64,000 bases of DNA. Source: Lama glama. Lineage: Eukaryota. The notes under the pieces are model-generated. The model was not told where the DNA came from. It saw only the letters and a program-made list of their open reading frames with translations, and made no database searches. The stretch is taken from the NCBI GenBank assembly GCA_028534125.1, contig CM052816.1, positions 51,152,001-51,216,000 on the forward strand, in the 5' to 3' direction. Positions 51,833 through 64,000 of the stretch are shown here, in pieces. Numbering within the stretch: position 1 is the first letter of the stretch; the number at the start of each line of letters is the position of its first letter. Both the position numbers and the translations under genes were made by a program.

Positions 51833-54800
51833 TGGTGGCAATCTTTACTTCTCTTATGGCCCTTAATATAGTCTACTTGTTACAGTGAATTTCTGACCTG
51901 TCTTGTTTCCCTCAGTAGACTCAAGTTCCTTGAGAACATCCATCTCTGATTCCTTTATTCACCTTGACATTCCAGAAACATATTCATGCCTTGTGCATAA
52001 ATATTTTTCAATGGTTGGATAGATGGATGTTTAACATCATTTCTAGAGCAATTAACACAATTATTACTAGGAATAAAGACAACAATCATGATTAAAAATT
52101 CATTGATTAAATGCTTTTAAGTTACGTAAAAAAACCTCTCATACTTATATAAATATAGTAAGTAGAGGAAGATATACTGGATATTTAATTTTTCAGTATC
52201 CAAACACAGTTCCCATCTGGGAGAGAAATTCCAAAATAAGTGGAAGATGGAGCCCCATTTCACACCACTAAAGCCAAAGGGAGATAGATAGTCCCTCATC
52301 CTGTCATCCCTGCCTTCAGTTGACTCAGTGATCTACCCTTCCAATAAATCCTTTCCTGATTATCATGGTCAGGTTCAATTATTTGCAATCAAGTTTACCT
52401 AACTAATATAGCCCAGATAAATGGTTTATAAATCTTGCTGAATATTTATCAATTTTTGAAATTATCAACCCCAATTTTTTAAATACTATATATTTGTCTA
52501 GTAATTTTGAGTAGAAAATAAATACAAGACATCTTTCAGTTACATGAGAATTCATGTATGTTGCAATCCATTTTTATGAGAAATTTGCCCAACAGCCCAA
52601 AGAGGAGTAATTTGGGGTCACCTTAAACTGTCCACACAGTGTTAAGAACTTATGGTAATGTAAAGTGATGCTATAACCTCTCATTTAAATTAAACACTTA
52701 ACCTAGTAGAAGTACACACAAGACTTTCTTGAGGAATCTATGAGTCATAAAATGTCCCATGGGAAGCAACACTGGATCGACAAGACATCAACTCAGATAC
52801 AACTATTCATCAGAACTCCAAAGGTAATAAATATCACCAGGTGAACATCTACAAATTAGGTCTGCTGGTTCTAAATCAGAATACACTCTACTTTCAATCC
52901 TATCCAAAGTATCCTGAGGTTTTGATTCCAACCTCTTGCTGCTCTGGCACACCAGTACTCAGCATTTTGGACTCTTGGCTCTCTTCAAATCTCTGTACCC
53001 CCAGAACATGTGCCTGTTCACACCTGTAGCAGCGCCCTATCTATTCAACTTGATCTCCTTTCCAAGAATGCAGCCTCCACCTTCTCAGCACAGCACCTAA
53101 TATATGGACTTGAAAAATTCTGCCTTGACAACTTTAAAGGAGGAGAAAAGCAATACTAAATTCAAGTTGGGAGGCGATTTTCTTCAGCATATTTAAAAAA
53201 TAAGCTAATGAGTTTTTGTGCTGTGAACACAGTAGGCACTCATGTATATTTTAATGGATGTTTCAAACAGGGCTTGTTTTGCCAAGAGTAAGCAATGAAA
53301 TGTTTCTTCTTTATGAGCCACAACACAAACATTTATCTGTCCAAGAAAGTCAAAGTACAGTCTCTTTCAGGTAAGAAAATAAATTTGCCTTGTCATATCC
53401 TCTTCCTGGTCTCTGAATCCAAGTGAAACCTGCTGCTTTTTGTGTATGTGATGCTTTGTACTAACATGGGGTTTTGGGCTAATTAGCTGTCCCTGTAGTT
53501 TTGTTTCACCTTTTCTTTAATATATTTTAAAATCAGGACTTGATTTTTCAGTGGAATTCGTTTGCCATTATGTGTTCTAACCCAGAATCCTACTCCCATT
53601 CTAATTCTCCATAATGTTTCAAGCATTTACCTGGTTCAACAAATAATTCTCATTAAATTTCCTCTATTATTTCAGCTTTTCAGTTTGAATATATTGATAT
53701 TAAATATTATTTCACTATTTTTTAATAACGTTCACTGTTTGCTCTTCAAATTTCATTTCAATCCCTAGAATCTCTTTTTAATGCAAGAAAATTCATGTTC
53801 CATTGTATTATTATGACTGGCTAGATTTACTGTTTACATAAATATAAGTCACATATATAAACTTTCTTAAAGATTCTCTACAATCAAGCAAGATTCTAAA
53901 TTATTTGTCAAATCATTTTCTATTTCCTGCTTATTATAATAATTAACTAGAATCATTTTTGCCTTCATCTTTAAGTACCTCTCTAATCCATCTTTCTTTC
54001 CTGTTCAACCTTACCCCTCACTGTACTGGAAATGGTCATTTTTCCTGAAAATATATTCTTTCTAGTTCATTTTCTCTGAAATTAAAAAAAAAAAAATTTA
54101 ACATTTCTAACAACAATGCTAAAAAGTCCAAGCTAAATTCCTTTTCCCAAAATTTCATTCTTCCTAATTTCTTCTCATCATTTATTCCCTTTCTGTTTCA
54201 CTCCGTCATAATTTATGCTCAGGGAAATCCCTCCTTGATCTCATTCACTTTTGCTCACTCTCCTTCACTCTTTTATTAGGTCCTCCAACCCCATCCTTCC
54301 ATTATCCCTTTCAGAGTTTGATCTCAAGATATCTTTCCATCCATCTCTTCCACAATTCATCTCAAGGAAAACCCCTGCTGCACACCGGCCTCCCCACAGA
54401 CGCCTGCTCTCCAGCCCTGCGGCGTGGCTCTCCCCATTTCTCCCCTTCTCCAAGGCTGTTCCAGCCCCTTCAGAAAAGTCAGCCTGTTATGTTCCCTTGA
54501 AAACTGTTGAACAGAGCTATGGATATTTTACTTTTATTCTCCAGCTTCCTCCACGCCCCTTCTTTCCTGTTTTCCTGTCATTTTTTTCTATGTACTCCAA
54601 AGACGTCCTCCTGTTCCACACCAGGGACAAGCCTCTTCCTCCTCCTCCTTGAGTATGTGTACACTTCTCTGATTCCAAACTTCTCATTATTCTTCCTTTG
54701 AGCTGGCCTTTATCTTGGTTTGGTTATGCTACCACTGAGAAGGAATTATTCTTTGGCTATTTCTTTTGCCTTGTTTCTCCATGAGCATCTTTCAGGCATA

Positions 54801-57800
54801 TAACAAGTAGATTAATCTTATACATGAAATATCTGGGCTACATTTTTAATTTTATAGTCCTACTCCCCAGGCCAATAATAGAATGGATCTCCAGAAAGAA
54901 CAGACATTCAGTTGCTGAATGGAAGGAATGTTTCCTTCCCTACTCAAAAGCAGCCCTTCTGACTAATTAAAGAAATACGTCAAAACGGTTCCCAAGAAGA
55001 GCCCATATGTCAGCACCAAAGAATTAAATATTTTGAAAATGAGAAGAACTACTTGGTCTATTTTTCAATAGAGATTGAGAACAAAGGAAAAGAAGAGAGA
55101 CAGGGAAGAAATTAATAAGAATTTAAGCTGAAATAAATATAGAACTCTCTAGTTGCAATGAAAGGGAAAACTAGGTAAGCTTAGAACTCTAGTTAAGCTC
55201 AAAGCCACTATTATATGCCTAAAGTTTATACCACATTTCTAACATGTGCCATCAGCTTTTGGCCAAAGCCAAGCCCCAAAAAGGGAAAAAAGGGACCTAA
55301 AAAGTGTTGGAATGATAAAGTGATGAGCGGTAGATAGAAGCCTTTCACATGACACAAATAATTCTTTAACACAGTGTGCTTCAAAAATAATGGGGGGTGG
55401 GGGGAGAAACACGGGCAGACACTTGAAGACATCAGTGCTTTGTGAGAATGTACTTCATAGACTACAAAACACTATTTGAATGTAAGCTAGTCATTATTAC
55501 TTGACAGAAGTGCAATTATGTCTCACCCAGTGCTGGGTAGCAAATGGTATTAAGCATGAGCCACTAGCTCTCCCAAAGCTAAAATAGCAAGAGTGGGTAG
55601 GGGAAAAAAGAGCACTGGGAAGAACTTATTTCTCCTCCTGAACCTATGTTACACCCTGGGGAACTGAGCTCCTGTAATACCCAAGTCGTAGAAACGAGAG
55701 GCACCAAGAAACAGACGCTGTCTCAATTTGGCTGTCTGCCTTCAAGGATCAAATAAAAATGTGTGTTTAGAGAAGCGGAACAGCTGCCCAGCTAGTCGGT
55801 TGCTCACCTTTGAGTCCTCAGGACTTCCAATATTCCTTAGCCAACCATTTCTGCGGCCTCTGAGAAGCACCAGACTAAGGAGTAAACATAAATAGATGGT
55901 TCGGGTCCTGAGTTGCCTGAAGACAACAGCATTACTCCCTCACAACTCATCAGGAAAGTTCAAATAAGGCACCATCACAAGGTTTCCATCTTTGCGCTGC
56001 ATGCAGAAATGGTTGGAAATTCCTCCTCACCAGTTCATTCAATAAATACTTGTTGATACTGTGCCGTAAGTGATACTGTGGGTATTAAAATGAGTAACAT
56101 AAATAATATATATATATTATCATATATGTATTACACACACACAGCCATGAATAAAGCTTAACACTTTGTAGGTTGTAGGTACTCACTATTAATTTCCTCC
56201 CTCCCTCTTTTTATCTTAAAAGTCCTACCTTCTAACTTACCATTTTAGAGGGGACAAATAAATAATTCTGCTATCAGTGCAACCTGTGATATGATGTATG
56301 ATATGATATGACATGGAAGTGACAAGAGCAAGTGGCATATTAGCTGAATCTTAGGCAATACTTGGCCTGGTAGACACTGGACATATAGAGGATTAAGAGG
56401 TAACCACAGTCAAATAGATTTGCATTTCAAGAAACAGAATAAAGATTTCCTCTGGAATCTAAGCTAGTTGAGTAAAGAAAAGGTAACGTTAATTTAAATG
56501 AGAGCTACTTACTACCTGCTTTACCTTAAAAAAAAAAAGAGGTACTGGAAGAAAGTTCAGAGCAAAGAAGAGAAACTAATTTTTACTAACAGTCAAATGC
56601 AAAAGAAATTGTAAGTATCTGTCAAAAACAAGGCTAAGTGAACTATTTTTGAAGCAACAGAAAAAGACCCCTGAGCAAGAAATTTTATAGCCATCCTTTT
56701 TCTAGGTCGGAACTCTCTTAGAATGAGACAAAGAAAAATCTGGACCTAGAATAAGAGGAAGATGTTAGGAATCCATTCACCACACTGACAGAGATTTGTT
56801 TAACAAACAGATAAAGAGCCAGTGTAATCCCATAACACAGGAAGAGGGAATGGACTGAGGGGAATAAATGAAAAATTAGGACTCCAGAATAAAGGGCAAT
56901 ACATTTTTAGAACACTCATTAGGTTAAGTTAGGTAGAAAAGAAAAAAGAAATTATTAGAACATGATAAAGGAAAGAATTGTTTTTTCATGTTTCTCCACA
57001 AGAAAACATTCAGTATGCTTTGCAAAAATTAAATTTGATACTTTAATGTGTACCTGAAAAACCGCTAAGTGGATTCCGGAATTTAAAAATCCCTAATGCT
57101 CATTCTAAATAACTTAGAACAGAGAGGGTGGAGAACGAGAAATGCTTCCACACAAAATAAATGACTTTTCTGGTTTCTTTTATAAAGGCATAAATGAAGG
57201 GCGTTCTAAAAATATACAAATAGAACTCCAAAATGCTAGTATTTTTTTTTTTAAGAAACAGAAAACCACCATGAAGAAAAGATCTTAGGAAGTATACAAA
57301 TTTCATTACAACATAATTGGACTTGCAGGAACAATTACCGTGCCGTACTGTAAGGGGAGCTGTTGGCACGTAAGAGCAAAGCACACACATGAGCTCATCC
57401 ACCGGCCTCGGCAAAACCCACTTGCAGCTAGAAGCAGTCATGTTTCAACACCTCAGATTCCCTAATGCTGACAAGCTAAACAACTTGTTTTGTCTCTGGG
57501 AGCTCTCCTCTGGTGATTAACTGCTTATGGTGAATACTAATTATATGAAAGTACAGTATTGAAGAAGTAGTGGTCTATTTCCTCTACCTGCAGCCTCGGC
57601 ATGGCTTTGAATCTAGAAGGTACCAGGTAGAGCCACTGCAAACCAAAACCAAGAAAGGCATTTCTCTCCCCACCCCCGGTAAATAAATATATCTCCTACT
57701 TTTTAGTATAACACAGCTCACTAATATGAAACTTCTTTTAACCTCTGGGCTCCAAACCAAATAGAATTACACTAAAGTGAGTGTTTTTAAGGCCTGTAAT

Positions 57801-58947
57801 AATCATATGGACAAATCTGCAGCAAGAGTTTGTGAATTAGTGAACTATCAGTGTCCTCAATTCCCCATGTCCCATGTTGAAAATTTACCCCAAATTGTCA
57901 GTTCTTAGGAACTGCACCTCAGATTAAAATCTTCTCACCGGGGAGCCTATAAGAATTTGTTCTTGTGTTTTAAATCCTAAGTGCTTGTTAAACCGCCAAC
58001 ACTGCAAAATTAGAGACTATTAAACAATATAAGGCAGCAAGTGATTAAATCTACCAAATACACATTCAAAGCAGCTTAAGCTACTTTTTAATTAAAAATA
58101 AAATATCACTGGCTAAATTCAGATGTCTTAGCTATCCGAAAAAGGTTACAAGGCTGTTCAAAATGTAAAATGCTGCTAAGTCCAGATAGAAAAGGAGAAG
58201 TAGGGTAGGGGTGGGCTGAGTTGGTAGCTCCTCTTGTCCCTGAGCCCACGGTGGAGGGGCCTCAAAATGCTGACCCAGTTAAGTCAGAGGACATAGGTGG
58301 GTGGGTGGAGGGGTCCAGGCTGCACAGCAGGGTGAGGACGCCATGTGGCTGCTGATTAAATAAGCTTTATTAGCCAAGGCCTCAGAGGAGACAGGGTGTT
58401 TCACCTTCTTGGCAAGGGGAATGAGTTGAGTAACAGCATCCCAAGAAGCTGAGGCACTGGAAATGTATAGATGGCCAGAGGAAATGTTAGTGCTACTTTT
58501 AAAATACAGCTTCAATGGACAGATAAACAGTTCGTGAAATAATAATTAGTGTTTGGGAAAGAAGACATAGGGACTTTCGAATTAATGGGATGGCTTGCGA
58601 TTGAAAGAAATTTTTACTGTAAAGTTAGAAATAAATAAACATTGTAGCTTTAAGTTGTTCCTACTTGTTGAAAGTAAAGAAAAGAAAAAGGGCCAGGGGG
58701 CTTAGTCAACGTTGGGCAGGAAGCCAAGAATCTGAAGCTGAGACTTAAGGCTGGGATGATATCATTCACTCTGAAGTCTTGATACTCTTTCTAAAGTATG
58801 AGAAAATTTACTGGTAAAACCTTACCTCACCCACAGTTTTCTTATTTTTAACTCTATTTTTTTCTCTCAAGAATAATTTTCCAAATCTGCTTTCTGCCTT
58901 ATATGTAAATGTTATGAATTTACATTTAGCTTCCAACATGGTCTTAC

Positions 58948-59086
58948 CTAAAAAGCTTGCCCTAAAGTAAAGCACAGGCACTTGGTAGCTACAGGAATAC
59001 AAGACATGATACTCATATTTAATCACTTCGGTTGCCGTGGCAGTCTCGGTCACCTCAAAATCATCCAGAGGTAGCTCTAAAGCCTC
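58948..59086 (-). CDS. ATG10: ATG10 internal coding exon, 139 nt, phase 0 to 1 (EALELPLDDFEVTETATATEVIKYEYHVLYSCSYQVPVLYFRASFL + G)
   Basis: The translation contains YEYHVLYSCSYQVPVLYFRASFL, which I recognise from the mammalian E2-like enzyme ATG10. On the minus strand the acceptor is gtttttcag|GAG and the donor is TAG|gtaaga. It splices in frame to 45966-45869. Confidence 0.97.
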
Positions 59087-60424
59087 CTGAAAAACAGCAA
59101 ATACAAAAACAAAATATGTTTGTCAATAAAAAGAAGTACATTAACACGAAGAGAGAAAGATGAGGTTTTCTTCTTGCAAAATAACAGTTAAATAAATATA
59201 GGACTATGAGGTAAGGAAAAGGGAGTTTCCCACATTAATGTTTAACATTTGAGTCCTGGGTAAATAGTAAAACCAGAAAACATTAGCATTAAGTAATTCC
59301 AGATTGCTTTCGAGAGACAAAGCAGCTCTGGGTAAAAAAACAGGAAGGAAAAAAAAAAAAGCAAAAAGATCTATTGCAAGAGCAACTGAAAAATCTTTAC
59401 TGGACAATTTTAGCAACAAGATGATGGCTATACAAGCTACCTTCTTCCCTACCTGTGAAAGCTAAAAACATCCTAACAATTGAACAAGAGACTGTGAAAT
59501 GTCCCTAAAGATTCTATTGTACTTGCCAAAAGATGATTCATTGTGTGCTGAACAATTCCCAGTTCCATTTTGAATAAGAAAGTTATTTTGCAAGAGGTTG
59601 AGTTTGTTAGGTACATTTCAAAACCTGAGATGAATCTGTTTTCTTTATTATTGTGCTATCTTTGGTATATTTCTACAATAAATCTTGATTTATAATAGAG
59701 TAGATGGCAAATATTAATGTCAACTTAAACAGGGTTTTGTTAACAAAGATGGTTCTAGCCAGCTCACTTCTCACCTAATCATTCTCCACCAGTTGATTTT
59801 TTTATTATTATTATGTGTGGGGTTTCTTCAGAATGTATGTTAATGTTTGGAAGCAATTAATTGGACACGTTGAGTCAGAATCTGGTTCCATCCACATTCA
59901 CTTATTTATTTGGGTTGAAGAGTTTCCTTTGATAGTAAATTAGTGGAGGGAAAGAAGCAGGTTGGTTTGGCTCCTTCCTACCTCTCATTAAAACAGTAAC
60001 TACAACAATGAACAATTGGGAAGAGCTGCAGGAAAGATTTCATACTTTATCAATATGAAATAAGGTTTCCTGTGGAGATAAGTAAAGCCACAGACCACTC
60101 TCCAGATCTGTTATCTGCTTTACTAATTCCCCACTCACAGTCAATTCATTGGAGGAGATATTACACTAGATAAATCACAACTGGAGATATTTACAAAGTA
60201 GGTTTTCACTAAACTCCAGTAAACACTATCAATTAAATACAGTGAATTAAATAACCAGAGAGAAATCACTGAAATAAATATTCCAGATACAGAAAATTAA
60301 TACAGTAGCAAGGAAGAGGTTTTTCTCTTTGTATATTTAAATTTTCATTAGGCAAAGATAAATATGTCTTCTTTTAAAGAAATTCTCTTAACCAAAATTC
60401 TTTCTTTTTAGTCAAAGATTAGGT

Positions 60425-61870
60425 TGTTTAGCATTTATAATTTCTTTTCTTTCTTAACATTATAAAATCGTTGTGATTTAAAATATTTCAAACACTGCAC
60501 AAGAACATTTAAAAAAAAAGTGAAACTCCCCACATCCCAGCACTGTAGTAACCTCGGATTTGTAATCATTTTTAATAGGTCACTGTGTAGTTTTTCAGGC
60601 TTTTTAATTTTTTGGCCTACAACCACATAAACACATACACACCCACCTACCCTCTCACACCGGCATTCCCAATTAAGTCATGCTGTATACACATATGTTC
60701 CTTGATTTGATTTTTTTCACTCAGGGACATACTACCACATGCTGCCATGTCTGTGCTGTAGATTTTGTTTCTTCTTTTAATGGCTTCACTGTATACCAAT
60801 GTATGACTATGCTGTAGTTTGTAGGTTTTTTTTTAAACATTTCCATCCTGCTGGATATTTTAGAATAACTATAATTTTCTGCTACTACAACTAATGCTGC
60901 AGTGAATATCTAAACGCATACATCTTTATACACCTCAATTTTTCTATGATGCAGATTCCAAAAGGTGACATTATTTTATGAGAGGGTATGTGCATTTTAA
61001 ATTTCAATAGATACTGACAATTTGTCCTCAGAATGAGGCTGTATCAATTTATATTCCCAGCAAAAATGTGTAAGAATGCCCTTTTCCATATCCCATAAAT
61101 ACGGAATATTACTTGTTTTTAATTTTTGTCTATTTGATGAATTTTTAAATGTCAGTTTTTTGTTTTAATTTCTAGTTTCTTGATTACTAGTGAAAGCGAG
61201 TATCTACTCATATATTCATCAGTAATTTGTAGTCTTCTGCAATTTGCCTGTTCTTATTCTTTGCCTGTTTTTCTGATACTTAATTTCCACTTTCTTATTG
61301 AATTATATAAACTCTTTTTATATTAGAAATAATAACTTATTACTGGAAATACATACATATAAATACCTGCACCACAGAAAAACAGAGGTATGCAAGGATG
61401 TGTGTGTTATGTGTGTATGAAATATTTTCACTCAGTTTTAACTTTGTTTCTTGTACATTTTATTATAAAGATTTTTTTTTTACTTTAATGTAGTCAAATC
61501 TTTTAATGTAGTCAAAGCAGATACATTTTCTATCTGTAGCTTCTGAGTTACCTGTCTTCATTAGAAGGGCTCCTGCTAGGTTCCACTTCATGCTTGAAAG
61601 TTAGAAAAGTGTTCAACTCTTTTATTCTACACACACATACTCTCTCTTTCTCTCTCATACACGTGCTTTTAAAATTGACATTTAGATCATTAATCCATAC
61701 TAATTTTGTTTTTGTGTATAGCGTGAGGTAAGAATTTTTCCCAGATGATTTCTAATAGTCCATCTTTTCCCACTGATTATAATGCCACTTTTACCATAAA
61801 TTAGCTTTCTGTGTATTTATCCTCTACTCTTCTTTATTGAGCTATTTCTTTTCTTAGACCATCACTGTCC
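60425..61870 (-). mobile_element. Old L1ME-like fragment
   Basis: aatgctgcagtgaatatc, gagggtatgtgcattttaaattt and tttgattactagtga-type antisense L1 motifs. Confidence 0.7.
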
Positions 61871-62687
61871 AGTTTGTAAGTAAATACTGAATTGGGTCAT
61901 TAATTTCTGCATAAAACTGCAGAAATAGATTGCCTATGATTCAGTCCTGCTAGGGAGGATAAAATTCCTGGAAAGACTGTCCTTCACTCAAACTCAAATT
62001 AAGCACTTAGGTATGTTGGGGCTAATACCAGGAACTTGAAACTGGTGATTAATTAGACACAGATTCAGATTCTCTGGAACAGTTAGGAGGTCCAAGGAAT
62101 AAGAGAGGGGACAGAAAAAGCTTCTTAAAGAGCCTATGAGAAGTTTTACTCCAGTCATGGTTCTCACTGGCAGCTGAGTACATTTGTGGGGTTTGAAGGC
62201 TAGAGTACCTGTCCTCTAATAGGGAGTGCTGCTATGTCACTCAGGCCCTTGCTCTGGGCAGCTATTTATGGGCAAAGACATTATTGCACCCTTAACTCAT
62301 ACTAACTAAATTGAATTCTTGGCCTGTGTCTGCTAGGATCTTTCTATCATCCATGGTCACCTATATGATGCCCATGCAAATATCATCCCTTGAAGTCATG
62401 CAGTTTGGAAATCTCTAAACTTCTACATATTTTCTGCTTCCCTTTCTCAAAGTGCCAGATGGTTTTAGAACTTCAAGACCAAGGTTCTTATTTTATTCAT
62501 CTTTGTATTTCCAGAAACTCTAACACTGAGCTGAGAACCATGGTAAGCAGCATTTTCTGTCAGTAGCAGATCTGTTTCCTCTCATTTAAGTATACTATAA
62601 CAAACTTCATAGGTGATTAACCAGCAAGCCTACCCTGACCTAAAGTCTTAAGAGAAGTGAATGGAGGAGTAAAAATGCAAAAGATCA

Positions 62688-63650
62688 CCAGATGATATAC
62701 AAATGGCAAACAGGCAAATGAAAAAGATTTTCAATATCATTAGCCATCAGGGAAACGCAAATTAAAAGCAAAATGAGATAGCACAACACATCTATCAGAA
62801 TGGCTAAAATAACAAACAGTGACACCTTCAAATGTTGGTGAAGAGCAACTAGATCATTCGTACACTGCTGCTTGGAATATAAAATGGTACAGCCTCTCTG
62901 GAAAACCATATGGCAGTTTCTTATAAAACTAAACATGTAATTACCATACAATCCACCAATTACACTCTTGGGCATTTATCCCAGAGAAATGAAAAACCTG
63001 TACACAAATGTTCATAGCAGTTTTATTCAGATTAGCCAAAAATTTGAGACAGTTCATATGTCCCTTAGCAGGTCATGGTTAAACAAACTGTTACACCATC
63101 CCACATTGCTCGGCGATGAAACGAGCAAAATGTTGATATACTCAACCACCTGAGTGAATCTCTCAGGAATTACGCAAGTGATAAAAGCCAATCCAAAAAA
63201 ATTACAGACTGTATGATTCTATTTAGAGAACAGTTTTGAAATGATAAAATTTTAGAAATGAAGAACAGAGAACAGACTAGTATTGAGGGGGTGGGTGGAG
63301 AGAGTTGGGTATGGTTACAAAAGGGCAACATGAGTCCTTGTGACGGTGGAACTGCTCTATATCTTGACCATGGTGGTAGATAACATGAACCTATACATGC
63401 GATAAAGTTGTATACAGCCAAATACACATACACACACACACACACACAGATCAGTACAATTAAAAGGGGGAAATATGAATAAGATCACTGAATTGTATTG
63501 ATGCCAATATCCTGGTTGTGATATTACACTATAATTATGCAAGATGTTACCAGTGTGGGAAACTGGATTAAAAGTACATGGGATCTTTCTGATTATTTCT
63601 TATTACTGTCTGTGAATCTGTAATTATCTTAAAAATGTCTATTAAAAATG
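62688..63650 (+). mobile_element. L1MC1/2-like 3' portion (ORF2 end plus 3' UTR)
   Basis: ggcaaatgaaaagattttcaatatcattagccatcaggg...caatatcctggttgtgatattacactata...caagatgttacc. Confidence 0.88.
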
Positions 63651-64000
63651 TAAAGGAAAAAAATAGCAGAGCAATTTGAGATTTATTAAAAATAAAATAT
63701 CTAAGACCTCAGGGGCTAACAGTACAGATGGTAGAGGGATTATGTTGATGAAGAGAGTCTAATGCTTGGAACTTGCTTTACAGTAACACAGGAGAGGGGT
63801 CAGTGGTTGGAGGTGAGGAAGGGGCATGGTTGGCCACAGAGTGATGATTGTTGGGTTGACTGATGGATCCACAGGTGTTCTTTATATCATTCTATCAACT
63901 TTTTGGAATATTTTTAATTGTCAAAAATGTTTAAGGTAACAAGTTTCTGATACCATGTAATAGTATACAGAATCACAGAACTCTAATTATGAAAGGCACT

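Larger units (their letters stand above)
45967..58947 (-). other. ATG10: ATG10 GT-AG intron, 12,981 nt
   Basis: Bounded by gtaag (58947) and cag (45967) on the minus strand between two exons that join in frame. Confidence 0.93.
59087..64000 (-). other. ATG10: 3' part of the upstream ATG10 intron
   Basis: Polypyrimidine tract and cag acceptor end at 59087. No further ATG10 exon recognised up to 64000. Confidence 0.8.

Noticed and set aside
54251..54652. 133-aa ORF, and similar 100-133 aa ORFs at 887, 5090, 5262, 28781, 44284 and 57100
   Set aside because: No recognisable protein similarity, mostly non-ATG starts and low-complexity composition. Expected by chance in 64 kb of intron.
58808..59053. 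81-aa ORF as a stand-alone gene
   Set aside because: It starts at an internal GTG of the ATG10 exon and reads through the donor into the intron. The true unit is exon 58948-59086.
61483..61516. Short direct duplication (tttaatgtagtcaaa twice); also (cagacct)3 at 16594-16615 and ccctc(c)taata repeats at 5169-5210
   Set aside because: Typical replication-slippage microduplications with no sign of function.

Overview
This is AT-rich, CpG-poor mammalian genomic DNA, not microbial sequence, and it lies inside the autophagy gene ATG10 on the minus strand. Two ATG10 coding exons are present with canonical AG/GT boundaries: 59086-58948 (139 nt) and 45966-45869 (98 nt). They splice in frame to give 79 aa. 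A 12,981-nt intron separates them, and the intron downstream of the second exon runs past the window start (over 45.8 kb). The rest is intronic unique sequence and decayed transposable elements: L1, L2, MIR, MaLR/ERVL and ERV1 solo LTRs, and Tigger and hAT MITEs. A tRNA-Ala-derived SINE resembling Vic-1 suggests a camelid genome. Apart from the ATG10 exon and L1 ORF2 relics, the ORF track appears to be noise. I found no convincing new biological system. The best leads are a TSD-flanked L1 insertion joining the ORF1 end/spacer directly to the ORF2 3' end, inverted L1 pairs around the in-frame two-exon block, and a MER41-like solo LTR with a GAS-like motif. Repeat family names and boundaries were assigned by eye and are approximate.
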